Source of the DNA: an uncultured Planctomycetia bacterium | GTDB taxonomy: Bacteria > Omnitrophota > Gorgyraeia > 2-02-FULL-51-18 | Direction: 5' to 3' | Length of the DNA: 64,000 nt | NCBI GenBank assembly: GCA_964642015.1 | Contig: CAZXLF010000003.1 | Location: 100,204-164,203 of the forward strand | Part shown: one piece after another, positions 22,358 through 33,412 of the stretch | How the letters are laid out: every line of letters starts with the position of its first letter | Position numbering within the stretch: the first letter of the stretch is position 1 | Translations under genes and position numbers: made by a program | The notes under the pieces: model-generated | Database searches by the model: none | Told to the model about the DNA's origin: nothing | The model's input: only the letters and a program-made list of their open reading frames with translations

Positions 22358-23365
22358 ATGTTACATAAAGATACAAAAATTAGTATCTTAGGCGACGGCG
22401 GTTGGGGAACGACGCTTGCGATACTGCTTGCTGGCAAATCTTACGCAATAACACTATGGGGCGCTTTTCCTTCTTATGTCAAAGAAGTCCAGAAGCTTAG
22501 AGAAAATCGAAAATTTTTGCCAGGCTTCAAGATCCCTGAAAATGTAATTCTTGTTAGCGACATTCATGAAGCCTGCTCTGCATCCGAATGGATCGTTTTA
22601 GCGATCCCGTCGCAATTCATGAGAAGTGTGCTGCACGGAATAAGAAAAGACAAAGTCCATCATAAAAATTTTGTGACTGTTGCAAAAGGGATCGATACAC
22701 AAAGCTTAAAGGTGATGTCGCAAGTCATTCATGATGAATTGGGCAAGGTTCGACTGGCTGTGATCTCAGGGCCGACGATCGCGCGCGATGTAGCTTTAAA
22801 AATGCCGTCCGCCGCTTCGGTGGCTTCTTCAAACCCGAAACTTGCTTCAGAAGTAAGAAGCATGTTCACTACCGAATATTTCAGTTTATTCGAAAGCACC
22901 GATGTGTTGGGTGTAGAACTTGGTGGATCTATAAAAAATGTGATCGCGATCGGCGCGGGGATCGTTGAAGGGTTGGGTTTTGGTTCAAATACACGGGCAG
23001 TTTTATTTTCTCGAGGCGTCGCTGAAATGGCGCGTCTCGGTGAAGCGATGGGCGCTGATCGGCAAACCTTTACAGGTTTAAGCGGATTGGGGGATCTTGC
23101 CACGACTTGTCTGAGTCCTCATAGCCGAAACCGCTGGCTTGGAGAGGAGATCGGCAAGGGAAAACCACTGAACAAGATCTTAAAAGAAACAGAAATGGTA
23201 GTGGAAGGTGTTGAAACGGCCAAGGCCGTTTACAAACTCTCCAACAAGTGCGATGTTGCGATGCCTATTAGCCGAGCTGTTTACGAAATTTTATTCAACG
23301 GGCACGAACCAAAAGAAGTGCTTCGGGCATTGATGAAGCGAGGACCACACAAGGAATCGGAGTAG
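22358..23365 (+). CDS. gpsA: NAD(P)H-dependent glycerol-3-phosphate dehydrogenase
   Basis: GDGGWGT, AKGI, ISGP, KNVIAI, GLGDL..TC..SRNR. Confidence 0.96.
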   Translation: MLHKDTKISILGDGGWGTTLAILLAGKSYAITLWGAFPSYVKEVQKLRENRKFLPGFKIPENVILVSDIHEACSASEWIVLAIPSQFMRSVLHGIRKDKVHHKNFVTVAKGIDTQSLKVMSQVIHDELGKVRLAVISGPTIARDVALKMPSAASVASSNPKLASEVRSMFTTEYFSLFESTDVLGVELGGSIKNVIAIGAGIVEGLGFGSNTRAVLFSRGVAEMARLGEAMGADRQTFTGLSGLGDLATTCLSPHSRNRWLGEEIGKGKPLNKILKETEMVVEGVETAKAVYKLSNKCDVAMPISRAVYEILFNGHEPKEVLRALMKRGPHKESE

Positions 23366-23397
23366 CGGTCTTTAGCTTTTAAAAAATTATAGTTTTA

Positions 23398-23473
23398 CGG
23401 GGTGTGGCTCAGCTTGGTCTAGAGCGCTTGCTTGGGGTGCAAGAGATCGGTGGTTCGAATCCACTCACCCCGA
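23398..23473 (+). tRNA. tRNA-Pro(GGG), CCA not encoded
   Basis: Acceptor CGGGGTG/CACCCCG, D arm GCTC/GAGC, anticodon arm CTTGC-TTGGGGT-GCAAG, T arm GGTGG-TTCGAAT-CCACT. Confidence 0.95.
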
Positions 23474-23495
23474 AAATAATTCAAAAGAGCTATTT

Positions 23496-24797
23496 ATGAA
23501 AAAAAATGCAGCAACGATCAATATCGGGTTGGTTGGCTTAGGGACTGTCGGGACCGGTGTTGTGAAAGTCTTGCGTTCTGAGGCTAAAGCGATCGAGGCA
23601 AGGACCGGACTCCGCTTGGTTCTAAAAAAGATCTGTGTGAAGAGCGTTTCAAAAAAGCGGGCAGTTCAGGTTCACCGTCATTTGCTGACAACAAATCCGA
23701 ACGATTTGATCAACGATCCGCATATCCATATTTTGGTCGAATTAATCGGCGGCATCCATCCGGCCAAAGATATTATTTTCAAAGCGCTGTCAAACGGCAA
23801 ACAGGTAGTGACGGCAAATAAAGCCCTTTTGGCTGAAAAAGGCGAGGAGATCTTTTCTTATGCCGCTAAGCGTTCGCGTTATATTGGCTTTGAAGCAAGC
23901 GTTTGTGGCGGCATTCCGGTCATACAGTCCATCAAAGACGGTTTAGTTTCCAATAACATTTCAAATATTTTAGGCATTGTGAATGGTACCTGCAATTTCA
24001 TATTGTCCTCGATGTCAGAAGGTTCTCAGGATTTCAAAGAAGCGCTAAAGAAAGCTCAAACCAAAGGTTTTGCTGAAAAAAATCCCGCTCTCGATGTTGA
24101 TGGGACAGACTCCGCACACAAACTGGCTATATTGTCTCGATTGGCTTTCGGTAGCCGCGTCAATTTTAAGTCTATCTCGATCGAAGGGATCAGGAATATT
24201 TCAGAAACAGACATTATCTACGCCAAAGAACTTGGTTATGTGATAAAACTCTTGGCGGTGGCTAAAAAATTAAAGAACGGGATCGAATTGCGCGTTCACC
24301 CAACGCTATTACCCTTTAACCATCCTTTGTCAAATGTCCGGGGAGTTTATAATGCCGTTTTCATTCAAGGTGATCAAGTAGGCGACCTTCTTTTATACGG
24401 AAGAGGTGCCGGGATGTTTCCGACGGCATCCGCGGTTTTAAGCGATTTGGTTGATATCGCAAAAAAAATATCAGATCACGATAATCTGAAGGCCAAAGCT
24501 ACCGTTTCTTTGCGCGAAACAAAGATCCTTCCGATCGATGATATTGTCTCAAGATATTATTTGAGATTCCAGGTTGCTGATAAACCCGGCGTATTGGGGC
24601 GGATCGCATCGGCTTTAGGCAAAAACAATATCTCGATCTTGAGTGTCCACCAAAAAGAATCGCATAGCGCAAAATTGGTCCCGGTGATCATTTTGACATA
24701 TGAAGCACGGGAGTCGGATCTCAAAAAAGCTCTTAAAGTGATCGACTCGAGCCGCGATATTAGCAGAAAAACCATCGTGTTCAGGGTGGAAAAATGA
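23496..24797 (+). CDS. hom: homoserine dehydrogenase with C-terminal ACT domain
   Basis: [43 protein letters not shown]. Confidence 0.96.
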   Translation: MKKNAATINIGLVGLGTVGTGVVKVLRSEAKAIEARTGLRLVLKKICVKSVSKKRAVQVHRHLLTTNPNDLINDPHIHILVELIGGIHPAKDIIFKALSNGKQVVTANKALLAEKGEEIFSYAAKRSRYIGFEASVCGGIPVIQSIKDGLVSNNISNILGIVNGTCNFILSSMSEGSQDFKEALKKAQTKGFAEKNPALDVDGTDSAHKLAILSRLAFGSRVNFKSISIEGIRNISETDIIYAKELGYVIKLLAVAKKLKNGIELRVHPTLLPFNHPLSNVRGVYNAVFIQGDQVGDLLLYGRGAGMFPTASAVLSDLVDIAKKISDHDNLKAKATVSLRETKILPIDDIVSRYYLRFQVADKPGVLGRIASALGKNNISILSVHQKESHSAKLVPVIILTYEARESDLKKALKVIDSSRDISRKTIVFRVEK

Positions 24798-25861
24798 TCT
24801 GGAAAGGGGTGATCGACCGATATAGAGAGTATTTGCCGGTTACAAATTCTACACCGATCGTGACGCTGAACGAAGGGAACACGCCTCTCATCTATTCCCG
24901 TTCTTTATCAGACCTTTTGTCCGCGTCGGTTTTTCTGAAATACGAAGGCCTTAATCCGACGGGATCTTTCAAAGACCGCGGAATGACTTTAGCGCTGTCA
25001 AAAGCGGTGGAGGCGGGTTCCAAGATGGTTGTTTGCGCATCAACAGGGAACACCTCGGCATCTGCGGCTGCTTATGCGGCAAGAGCCGGTATCAAAAGCG
25101 TGGTGCTGATCCCGAAGGGTGCGATCGCGCTGGGAAAATTAAGCCAGGCGCTGATCCACAATGCTCAAGTGATCCCGATTGACGGAAATTTTGACAAAGC
25201 GCTTCAAATGGTGAAGGAGTTAGTAGAGAAGAAACCGGTAACGCTTGTTAATTCTTTGAATCCATTCCGGCTTGAAGGACAAAAAACGGGCGCTTTTGAG
25301 ATTTGCGATCAGTTGGGTGGACAAGCTCCGGATTTTCACGCGATCCCGGTGGGCAATGCCGGAAACATCACGGCTTATTGGAAAGGTTACAAAGAATATT
25401 TTGACAAAAAAATCGTCAATTCAAAACCTATCATGCTCGGTTTTCAGGCAGAGGGCGCTGCGCCGATCGTCAAAAACAAGGTCATAGCAAATCCAAAAAC
25501 TGTGGCGACGGCGATCAGAATAGGTAATCCGGCAAGCTGGAAAATGGCCGTGGCGGCCAGAGACGAGTCTAGAGGCGTTATTGATACAGTGACGGACAAG
25601 GAAATACTTGCCGCGTACAAATTGTTAGCGGCCAAAGAAGGTGTATTTGTCGAACCGGCGAGTGCTGCCAGCGTGGCGGGTATATTGAAACTGAACAAAA
25701 ATAAATATTTTGAGAAAAATAAACGCAATAAAAAAGCGGTGGTCGTGTGCGTGCTTACCGGACACGGCTTAAAAGATCCTGATTGCGCGCTGCGGGAGAT
25801 AAAAAAACCAAAAACAGTTCCGGCTCGCTTTGAATCATTGTCGAGGGTTATTAAAATATGA
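24794..25861 (+). CDS. thrC: threonine synthase
   Basis: [40 protein letters not shown]. Confidence 0.96.
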   Translation: MIWKGVIDRYREYLPVTNSTPIVTLNEGNTPLIYSRSLSDLLSASVFLKYEGLNPTGSFKDRGMTLALSKAVEAGSKMVVCASTGNTSASAAAYAARAGIKSVVLIPKGAIALGKLSQALIHNAQVIPIDGNFDKALQMVKELVEKKPVTLVNSLNPFRLEGQKTGAFEICDQLGGQAPDFHAIPVGNAGNITAYWKGYKEYFDKKIVNSKPIMLGFQAEGAAPIVKNKVIANPKTVATAIRIGNPASWKMAVAARDESRGVIDTVTDKEILAAYKLLAAKEGVFVEPASAASVAGILKLNKNKYFEKNKRNKKAVVVCVLTGHGLKDPDCALREIKKPKTVPARFESLSRVIKI

Positions 25862-26997
25862 AATACGTGCTGTTGGTTTGCGAAGGGATCTCTGATGAGC
25901 CGTTGGAAGAGCTGACGGGGCGGACACCGCTTGAAGTTGCCAAAACGCCGAATATGGATTTGCTGGCGAAACAGGGCGCTTCAGCTCAAGCATTATTTAC
26001 GCCGGGAGCATTGCCCCCGAGCGGCGATGTAGCGGCGATGTCTTTATTGGGATTCGATCCAGAGGAATTCTATACGGGCATTGCCCCTTTGGAAGCGATC
26101 GCGATGGGAATACCGCAATTAGACCATGCGATCGCGTTTAGATGCAATCTCGTAAGCGTGCTTGACGAGACCTTGATCGATGCGTACTCAGGGAACATTT
26201 CATTGACCGAATCTGTGATTCTAATAAAAGCGCTTAACCAAAAGCTTTCCGATAACCGGATTAAATTTTATACGGGAGCTGGATTTAGAAACCTTTTACT
26301 TTTCAATGATGCCGAACTTTCGGAAAGCTTGGACGAGCTAGAATGTGCGTCTCCGCGAACCGCGATCGGGCAGAGGGTCTCAAAAAGTTTTCCTAAAGGC
26401 CATGGCGCATCGGCTGTGATAGACCTGATGAATGCATCCAAGGAAATATTGGATAATCACGAGATCAATAAAGTGCGGATCGATCTTGGCGAGAATCCGG
26501 CAAATATGATCTGGTTATGGGGGCAAGGCAAAAAACCCAAAATATCCAGTTTCAAACAACGCTACAATCTGGACGGTTCTGCATGGTCCAAGACAACGGC
26601 GATCCAAGGTCTTGCGCAGGCCTTAGGTTTTCATAAAGCAGAAAATGCGGTATTAGCTGTCAAAGAAGAGGATTTTGTTTTTGTCTATCACGGATTAGCG
26701 GAAGAAAAAAAGATCGATCTGACATCAAAGATCAAACACATAGAAGAATTTGACGCATCGGTGCTGGGCCCAGTCTTAGATCAACTGAAGAGCGGCACTT
26801 TTCGCATTTGTGTCGCCGGAGATTATCCGATGCTATTATCAAAAAAGATTCCCATGCACGGCCAAGTCCCGGTTTTATTCTCCGGAAACGGCATTGCATC
26901 TGACGGTTCTGCGGTTTTTAATGAAAAAACTTGTCTCGAAAGCAAGCTTATTTTCAATCACGGTCATAAACTGATGGAATATTTTTTGAAATCATAA
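25858..26997 (+). CDS. ApgM-like cofactor-independent phosphoglycerate mutase / proposed homoserine kinase homolog, catalytically degenerate
   Basis: [32 protein letters not shown]; metal-ligand motifs altered. Confidence 0.8.
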   Translation: MKYVLLVCEGISDEPLEELTGRTPLEVAKTPNMDLLAKQGASAQALFTPGALPPSGDVAAMSLLGFDPEEFYTGIAPLEAIAMGIPQLDHAIAFRCNLVSVLDETLIDAYSGNISLTESVILIKALNQKLSDNRIKFYTGAGFRNLLLFNDAELSESLDELECASPRTAIGQRVSKSFPKGHGASAVIDLMNASKEILDNHEINKVRIDLGENPANMIWLWGQGKKPKISSFKQRYNLDGSAWSKTTAIQGLAQALGFHKAENAVLAVKEEDFVFVYHGLAEEKKIDLTSKIKHIEEFDASVLGPVLDQLKSGTFRICVAGDYPMLLSKKIPMHGQVPVLFSGNGIASDGSAVFNEKTCLESKLIFNHGHKLMEYFLKS

Positions 26998-27028
26998 TCA
27001 TTTTTATCCCAAGCAGGAAAAATAGATC

Positions 27029-28246
27029 ATGAGTCTTATCGTTCAGAAGTATGGCGGTTCAAGCGTTGCAAATCCCGATCGCATCAAGAAGGTGGCTGAC
27101 AGGGTCTTTCGATATAAAAAAAAAGGTCATTCATTAGTGGTGGTCGTCAGCGCGCTGGGAGACACCACGGACGAGCTTCTGACGCTTTCCGATCAGATCA
27201 CAAAGAACCCTTCAAGGCGCGAGCTGGACATGCTGATGTCCACAGGCGAACAGATATCGGTAGCGCTGCTTGCGATGGCGCTTCATGAATTAAAGTGCCC
27301 GGCGATCTCGTTCACCGGAGGGCAAGTCGGCATTAAAACGGATTCGGCTTATACGCGCGCCAGGATTTTAGATATCAGCACCCAAAAGATCCAAAAAGAA
27401 CTTAAGGAAAAAAAAGTAGTGATCGTTGCCGGATTTCAGGGAATAAACCTTGAACAGGAGATCACGACGCTCGGAAGAGGCGGGAGTGACCTAACCGCCG
27501 TGGCTTTGGCAAAAGCGTTGTCGGCGGATGCTTGTGAAATTTATACGGACGTCGAAGGAATATTTACGACGGATCCAAGACTTGTTTCTGACGCAAAAAA
27601 GATCGCTAGGATCAGTTATGAGGAGATGTTGGAGCTCGCAGCTTCAGGCGCTCAAGTCATGCAATCGCGTTCGATCGAGGTGGCCGGAAAATACGACATA
27701 CCCATTCATGTGAGAAGCAGTTTTTCAAATAACGAAGGTACGTGGATCGTGAAGGAGGATCGTTCGATGGAAGATGTTTTGATTCGAGGAGTATCATTGA
27801 GCAAGAATGAGGCCAAATTAACACTGAGCGGCGTCCCAAATCGCCCGGGCATCGCGGCCGGGATCTTCAGGACGCTTGCCGATAAAGGTATCAATGTTGA
27901 TATGATCATTCAGAATATCGGTAAGTCAACCGATACGGATATCACATTCACAGTGCCCAAACAAGATATCGATCACGCCGTCAACTCTCTAAAAGCATTA
28001 GCTAAAAAAGTGGGCATCAAGGGAATATCACAGGATACCAAAATAGCCAAGATATCCGTTGTAGGCATCGGAATGAGGAGTCATGCTGGTGTCGCGGCGG
28101 CCATGTTCGAAGCATTGGGGAAAAACAAGATCAATATCGAAATGATCTCAACGAGCGAGATCAAGATCTCATGCGTGGTAAAAAAAACTTTTGCTGAAAA
28201 AGCAGTGAAGGTCTTGCATGATCATTTCAAACTCGGAAAAAAGTAA
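27029..28246 (+). CDS. lysC: aspartate kinase
   Basis: QKYGGSSV, TLGRGGSD, TDVEG, two ACT domains, STSEIKIS. Confidence 0.96.
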   Translation: MSLIVQKYGGSSVANPDRIKKVADRVFRYKKKGHSLVVVVSALGDTTDELLTLSDQITKNPSRRELDMLMSTGEQISVALLAMALHELKCPAISFTGGQVGIKTDSAYTRARILDISTQKIQKELKEKKVVIVAGFQGINLEQEITTLGRGGSDLTAVALAKALSADACEIYTDVEGIFTTDPRLVSDAKKIARISYEEMLELAASGAQVMQSRSIEVAGKYDIPIHVRSSFSNNEGTWIVKEDRSMEDVLIRGVSLSKNEAKLTLSGVPNRPGIAAGIFRTLADKGINVDMIIQNIGKSTDTDITFTVPKQDIDHAVNSLKALAKKVGIKGISQDTKIAKISVVGIGMRSHAGVAAAMFEALGKNKINIEMISTSEIKISCVVKKTFAEKAVKVLHDHFKLGKK

Positions 28247-29830
28247 ATGTCACTAAGAAAAATAGAATTATACGACACGACACTGAGAGATGGTTCTCAG
28301 GGAGAGGGAATTTCATTTTCTGTTCAAGACAAGCTCTTGATCGCGAAAAAGATCGATGAGATCGGATTTCACTACATTGAAGGTGGTTGGCCCGGGGCTA
28401 ATCCGAAAGATATTGCTTTTTTTGAAGAAATAAAAAAGGTCAGACTCAAGAATTCTCAGGTTGTTGCCTTCGGTTCTACCCGCAAAGCCCATTCAAAAGC
28501 CGCAGAAGATGAAAATTTGAGAGGGCTTCTTGCGGCCGAAACAGAGGTCATTACCATCTTCGGAAAAAGCTGGGATCTTCATGTAAAAGAAGTCTTTAAA
28601 ACCGATCTTGAAGAAAATATCCAGATGATCCACGATTCTGTGAAATATCTCAAATCTAAAGGTAAAAAAGTGGTGTATGATGCCGAGCATTTTTTTGACG
28701 GATACATTCACAACCCTTCTTATGCTTTAAAAACGCTGCGTACGGCTTTGGAAGCCGGCGCTTCGGTGCTTGTACTTTGCGACACGAACGGCGGGAGTTT
28801 ACCTTCTAAAGTATCTAAGATCGTATCGGAGGTCCATTCACAGATCCAATTTCCTCTTGGGATCCATACGCACAATGATTCAGGTGTTGCCGTTGCAAAC
28901 GCTATCGCCGCCGTTGAAGCCGGCTGCCAGCACGTGCAGGGAACAATTAATGGTTATGGCGAACGCTGCGGAAACCCGGATCTCACGACGATTACCGCCG
29001 ATCTCCAGTTGAAACTCGGTTTTTCTTGTCTGCCTGCGGCAAAATTAAAAGAATTGACCGAATTGACCCGCTTCGTTGCGGAGATCAGCAACATGGTTCA
29101 GGCAAAAAATCAGCCGTATTTTGGCCAAAGCGCCTTTGCTCATAAAGGCGGGGTCCATATCAATGCGGTCATGAAAAACCCGGAAACTTACGAACACATC
29201 GATCCGGCACTCGTGGGTAATCACCGGCGCTTTCTTGTTTCGGAACTCGGAGGCAAAACCAACGTGATGCTGAAAGCCAAGGAGCTTGATATTGAATTAA
29301 AAAAAGAATCTCCTGAAACAAGAAAGATTCTGCAAAAAGTCCAGGAAAGAGAAAATGAAGGCTATCAATACGAAGCTGCGGAGGCTAGCTTTGAGCTTCT
29401 GATCCGCGAGGTGACCGGCAAACGTAAAAAATTCTTTGAGTTCAAAAAAGTTGAAGTTCTGGCGGAAAACATCGGTGATAAGGACACAACCTCTACAGCG
29501 AAGGTGGTGCTATCCGTTAATTCCAAAGAAGGTCGGCGGGAAGAGGGCAAAGGGGAGGCTAAAGGCGATGGCCCTGTGAATGCGCTCGATAATGCATTAA
29601 AAAAAGCTTTGGCTCCTTTTTTCCCACAGGTGTTGGAAATCCATTTGGATGATTATAAGGTACGCGTGGTCAATTCAGAAGCCGGTACGGCGGCCAAGGT
29701 GCGCGTTTTCATCGAAACGCGCGACGAAAAGAACATCTGGACAACCGTCGGAGTTTCTACCAATATTATCGACGCCAGCTGGAAAGCGTTGGTTGACGCG
29801 ATCGAATACAAATTGTTGAAATCCAAATGA
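28247..29830 (+). CDS. cimA: citramalate synthase (LeuA/CimA family)
   Basis: DTTLRDGSQGEG, YIEGGWPG, DAEHFFDG, HTHND, FAHKGGVH. Confidence 0.9.
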   Translation: MSLRKIELYDTTLRDGSQGEGISFSVQDKLLIAKKIDEIGFHYIEGGWPGANPKDIAFFEEIKKVRLKNSQVVAFGSTRKAHSKAAEDENLRGLLAAETEVITIFGKSWDLHVKEVFKTDLEENIQMIHDSVKYLKSKGKKVVYDAEHFFDGYIHNPSYALKTLRTALEAGASVLVLCDTNGGSLPSKVSKIVSEVHSQIQFPLGIHTHNDSGVAVANAIAAVEAGCQHVQGTINGYGERCGNPDLTTITADLQLKLGFSCLPAAKLKELTELTRFVAEISNMVQAKNQPYFGQSAFAHKGGVHINAVMKNPETYEHIDPALVGNHRRFLVSELGGKTNVMLKAKELDIELKKESPETRKILQKVQERENEGYQYEAAEASFELLIREVTGKRKKFFEFKKVEVLAENIGDKDTTSTAKVVLSVNSKEGRREEGKGEAKGDGPVNALDNALKKALAPFFPQVLEIHLDDYKVRVVNSEAGTAAKVRVFIETRDEKNIWTTVGVSTNIIDASWKALVDAIEYKLLKSK

Positions 29831-32535
29831 CAACCCCAAAAGAAGAGCTCTCAAAAGTATACAATCCCAAACTTGTGGAAAAGTCATGGTACCAGACGTG
29901 GCTCAAAAAAGGCTATTTCAAGGCCTCTTCCAAATCCAAAAAGAAGCCCTACACGATCATGATTCCTCCGCCGAACGTGACCGGCATTCTGCACATGGGC
30001 CACGCACTCAACAACACTTTGCAAGATATCCTGATCCGGTACAAAAGAATGAGCGGTTTTGAAACGCTCTGGATGCCCGGGACAGATCATGCGGGTATCG
30101 CGACACAGAACGTTGTCGAAAAATCTTTAAGAGAAGAGGGAATTTCGCGTCACGCTCTTGGACGAGAAAAATTTTTGGAGCGCGTCTGGAAGTGGCGTGA
30201 AAAATACGGTAACACGATCATTAATCAGCTTAAACGGCTTGGCGCTTCTTGCGATTGGGACAGGACCCGCTTCACGATGGACGAAGGACTCTCGACGGCT
30301 GTTAGGGAAGTCTTTGTTAGACTACATGAAAAAGGGCTCATTTACCGGGGTAAATACATCATTAACTGGTGTCCACGCTGCCAAACCGCGTTGTCCGATG
30401 AAGAGGTCCAGCACAAAGATATTACAGGGCATCTTTATTATTTAAAATACTCGATCGAAGGAAGCGATCAGCATTTTGTGATCGCGACCACGCGTCCCGA
30501 GACGATGTTGGGGGATACCGCTGTTGGTTATAATCCTACGGATGAACGTTATCAGCATCTCGAAGGAAAAACGGCGGTCCTTCCGCTTTTGAATCGGCGT
30601 CTTAAGATCATCAAAGATAGTTCTATTGACCCCAAGTTCGGAACAGGTGCTCTCAAAATAACCCCCGCTCACGATCCTGTCGATTTTAATCTTGCGCAGA
30701 AACATAATCTCGAATTCATCAACATCTTAAATCCTGACGGATCGCTGAACGCGCAAGCAGGCCCTTATCAAGGCCTTGATCGTTTTGAGGCCAGAAGAAA
30801 AATAATTGCCGAACTCGAAGATCGTCGTATCCTTTTAGAGACCAAAGAGCATGTTCACGCGGTCGGGCATTGTTACCGCTGCCAGACCATTATCGAGCCC
30901 TATTTTTCTTCACAGTGGTTCGTGCATATGAAACCCATTGCGCGTCCGGCAATCGCTGTGGTCAAAGACGGTAAAACAGCGTTTACTCCAAAGCGATGGA
31001 CAAAGGTTTATCTGGATTGGATGACTAACATTAAAGATTGGTGCGTTTCGCGCCAGATCTGGTGGGGCCATCGGATCCCTGTGTGGTATTGTTCACAATG
31101 CCGTGCGAACGTAAATTCAAATGATGAGGTCTATAAAAAATTCGAATACACAGGAGAAATTTACCGCGAACCCGGCATGATCGTCTCGCGGCAGGCGCCG
31201 AGGAAATGCGATGTCTGTGGGAACGCCGACCTGATACAGGACCCTGATGTTCTGGATACCTGGTTTTCTTCTTGGCTCTGGCCTTTTTCCACGTTGGGTT
31301 GGCCGGAAAAGAACAAAGACCTCAATTTCTTTTATCCGACATCCTGCTTGGTCACCGGTTACGAGATCATCTTTTTCTGGGTAGCGCGAATGATCATGTC
31401 CGGTCTTGAGTTCATGGGCAAAGAACCATTCAAGCAGATTTATATCCATGGTATTGTGCGTGATGAAACCGGCGCCAAGATGTCCAAATCTTTGGGTAAC
31501 GCTATGGATCCAATCCACATCATCGACGAATTCGGAGCTGATGCGCTGAGATTCGCGATGATCTCGATAACCTCAGAAGGACAGGATGTTTTTGCTTCTA
31601 AGGAAAAACTCGAAGTTGGACGAAATTTTTCTAATAAGATATGGAATGCCGCCCGATTTGCGTTGATGAATATCGATCTTAAACCCGCAGATCTTAAAAA
31701 AGTACCCAAACTCTCATCGCTTAATCCTATTGACCGATGGATATTAAGCCGGCTCCACCAAACGGTTATCCAAGTCACAAATAGCCTGGATGGATTGCGC
31801 TTCAATGAAGCAGCGACGACTTTGTATGATTTTTTCTGGCATCAATTTTGTGATTGGTATCTTGAATTGGCAAAACCCAATATTAAATCCAAAGAAACGC
31901 AGTGGACCTTGTCGATCGTATTGGATGTATCACTTAAACTCCTTCATCCTTTTATGCCTTTTATTACGGAAGAGATCTGGCAAAAGATCCCGCACACGGG
32001 CGAATCGATCATGATCAGCCCATGGCCTAAGAGCAATTCCAAGTGGATAGACAAAAAGACTGAAGCGGAAGTCGGACTCATTATCAGCGAGATTCAGGCG
32101 ATCCGCAATGTCAGGTCAGCATGGCAGATCAATCCCAAAGAATCCGTGACAGTGGCTGTAAAAACTGCGCGGGATAAAGAGATGCAGATTTTAAAAAAAT
32201 ATTCGTCCTATATTGCTCAAATGGCAAAGATATCTTCATTGCAAATCGGTAAAAATATCACTCGCCCGAAAGAATCTGCGGTTGCGAACATCGGCCGTGT
32301 AGAAACATATGTTGTTCTCACCGGGCTCATCGATATTCAAATGGAACGCCAACGCATTGAATCCGCTTTAAGTGATGTAGAGAAAATGATGCGGGGCCTC
32401 GAAGGACGCCTGCAAAATGCCGATTTCATCAACAAAGCCCCAAAAGACATCGTTGAAAAAGAAAAGCGAAAAGCCGAAGAATTGGAGAACCGTAAAAAGC
32501 GTTTGGAAGAGAATCTGAAAACGCTTAGCGAGTGA
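29827..32535 (+). CDS. valS: valyl-tRNA synthetase
   Basis: PPPNVTGILHMGH, ATTRPETM, DWCVSRQ, KMSKS, C-terminal coiled coil. Confidence 0.98.
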   Translation: MTTPKEELSKVYNPKLVEKSWYQTWLKKGYFKASSKSKKKPYTIMIPPPNVTGILHMGHALNNTLQDILIRYKRMSGFETLWMPGTDHAGIATQNVVEKSLREEGISRHALGREKFLERVWKWREKYGNTIINQLKRLGASCDWDRTRFTMDEGLSTAVREVFVRLHEKGLIYRGKYIINWCPRCQTALSDEEVQHKDITGHLYYLKYSIEGSDQHFVIATTRPETMLGDTAVGYNPTDERYQHLEGKTAVLPLLNRRLKIIKDSSIDPKFGTGALKITPAHDPVDFNLAQKHNLEFINILNPDGSLNAQAGPYQGLDRFEARRKIIAELEDRRILLETKEHVHAVGHCYRCQTIIEPYFSSQWFVHMKPIARPAIAVVKDGKTAFTPKRWTKVYLDWMTNIKDWCVSRQIWWGHRIPVWYCSQCRANVNSNDEVYKKFEYTGEIYREPGMIVSRQAPRKCDVCGNADLIQDPDVLDTWFSSWLWPFSTLGWPEKNKDLNFFYPTSCLVTGYEIIFFWVARMIMSGLEFMGKEPFKQIYIHGIVRDETGAKMSKSLGNAMDPIHIIDEFGADALRFAMISITSEGQDVFASKEKLEVGRNFSNKIWNAARFALMNIDLKPADLKKVPKLSSLNPIDRWILSRLHQTVIQVTNSLDGLRFNEAATTLYDFFWHQFCDWYLELAKPNIKSKETQWTLSIVLDVSLKLLHPFMPFITEEIWQKIPHTGESIMISPWPKSNSKWIDKKTEAEVGLIISEIQAIRNVRSAWQINPKESVTVAVKTARDKEMQILKKYSSYIAQMAKISSLQIGKNITRPKESAVANIGRVETYVVLTGLIDIQMERQRIESALSDVEKMMRGLEGRLQNADFINKAPKDIVEKEKRKAEELENRKKRLEENLKTLSE

Positions 32536-32557
32536 TCGCTTCTAAGATCTTTCCACC

Positions 32558-33412
32558 ATGCTGAAAACATCCCTCATTGATCCATTGGTCAAAATAGCCC
32601 TTAAGGAAGATGTCGGATCAAAGGACATCACGACTTCAGCGCTTATACCGCGAAATCTGCACATAAAAGCCGATATAGAATTCAAGCAAAGCGGCGTTGT
32701 TTGCGGCATTGAACTCGCCGAAAGAGTGTTCCGACTGGTCGATGAAAATTTGCGTTTTCTGCCCGTCGCAAAAGATGGGGAATGGGCTGAAAAAGGCCGC
32801 GAAGTAGCCTATATCGAGGGTCTGGGATCTTCTATTTTGATCGCAGAACGGACAGCCCTTAATTTCATCAGCCACCTTTCGGGTATTGCGACGAAAACAA
32901 AAGAATTTGTCGATAAAGTCAAAGGTATCGAAACGAGGATCATGGATACAAGAAAAACCACACCGGGGCTTAGGATCTTCGAAAAATATGCGGTAGCCAC
33001 CGGCGGAGGAGTCAATCATCGATTCGGGCTTTATGACCAAGTGTTGATCAAGGATAACCATTTGAGGATATTGAGAGATGAGCCTTTGATCAATATCGTC
33101 ACGCGAGCCAAACAGTCCGTCCTAAAAAAAACGGTCATTGGCATCGAGGTTAAAAATTTGATGGAGCTTAAAGAAGCGCTCAAAAGCAAAACCGATTATG
33201 TTTTGCTCGATAATATGAGCGTTGATATGGTCCGCGAAGCCGTCGCACACAAAAAAAAGATCGGCAGTAAAATAGAGCTTGAGGTATCCGGTGGAATCAA
33301 TCTCAATAATGTGCGCGAGTATGCCGAGACGGGCGTGGAGCGCATCTCGATCGGCGCGCTAACACACGCAGCGCCATCCATCGATGTTGCGCTCGATATC
33401 GTAGGAACATGA
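32558..33412 (+). CDS. nadC: nicotinate-nucleotide pyrophosphorylase (quinolinate phosphoribosyltransferase)
   Basis: ERTALN, DTRKTTPG, NHRFGL, IKDNH, LLDNM, SGGI. Confidence 0.96.
   Translation: MLKTSLIDPLVKIALKEDVGSKDITTSALIPRNLHIKADIEFKQSGVVCGIELAERVFRLVDENLRFLPVAKDGEWAEKGREVAYIEGLGSSILIAERTALNFISHLSGIATKTKEFVDKVKGIETRIMDTRKTTPGLRIFEKYAVATGGGVNHRFGLYDQVLIKDNHLRILRDEPLINIVTRAKQSVLKKTVIGIEVKNLMELKEALKSKTDYVLLDNMSVDMVREAVAHKKKIGSKIELEVSGGINLNNVREYAETGVERISIGALTHAAPSIDVALDIVGT

Noticed and set aside
23450-23470. Near-identical 3' segments of the two tRNAs (GTGGTTCRAATCCACTCACC; second copy near 52996-53015), a possible att-like direct repeat
   Set aside because: Both are complete tRNAs, the region between them is core housekeeping DNA and no integrase is present; T-arm similarity explains it.
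31085-31225. Insertion between the CxxC pairs of ValRS
   Set aside because: This zinc-binding region is length-variable among ValRS proteins.
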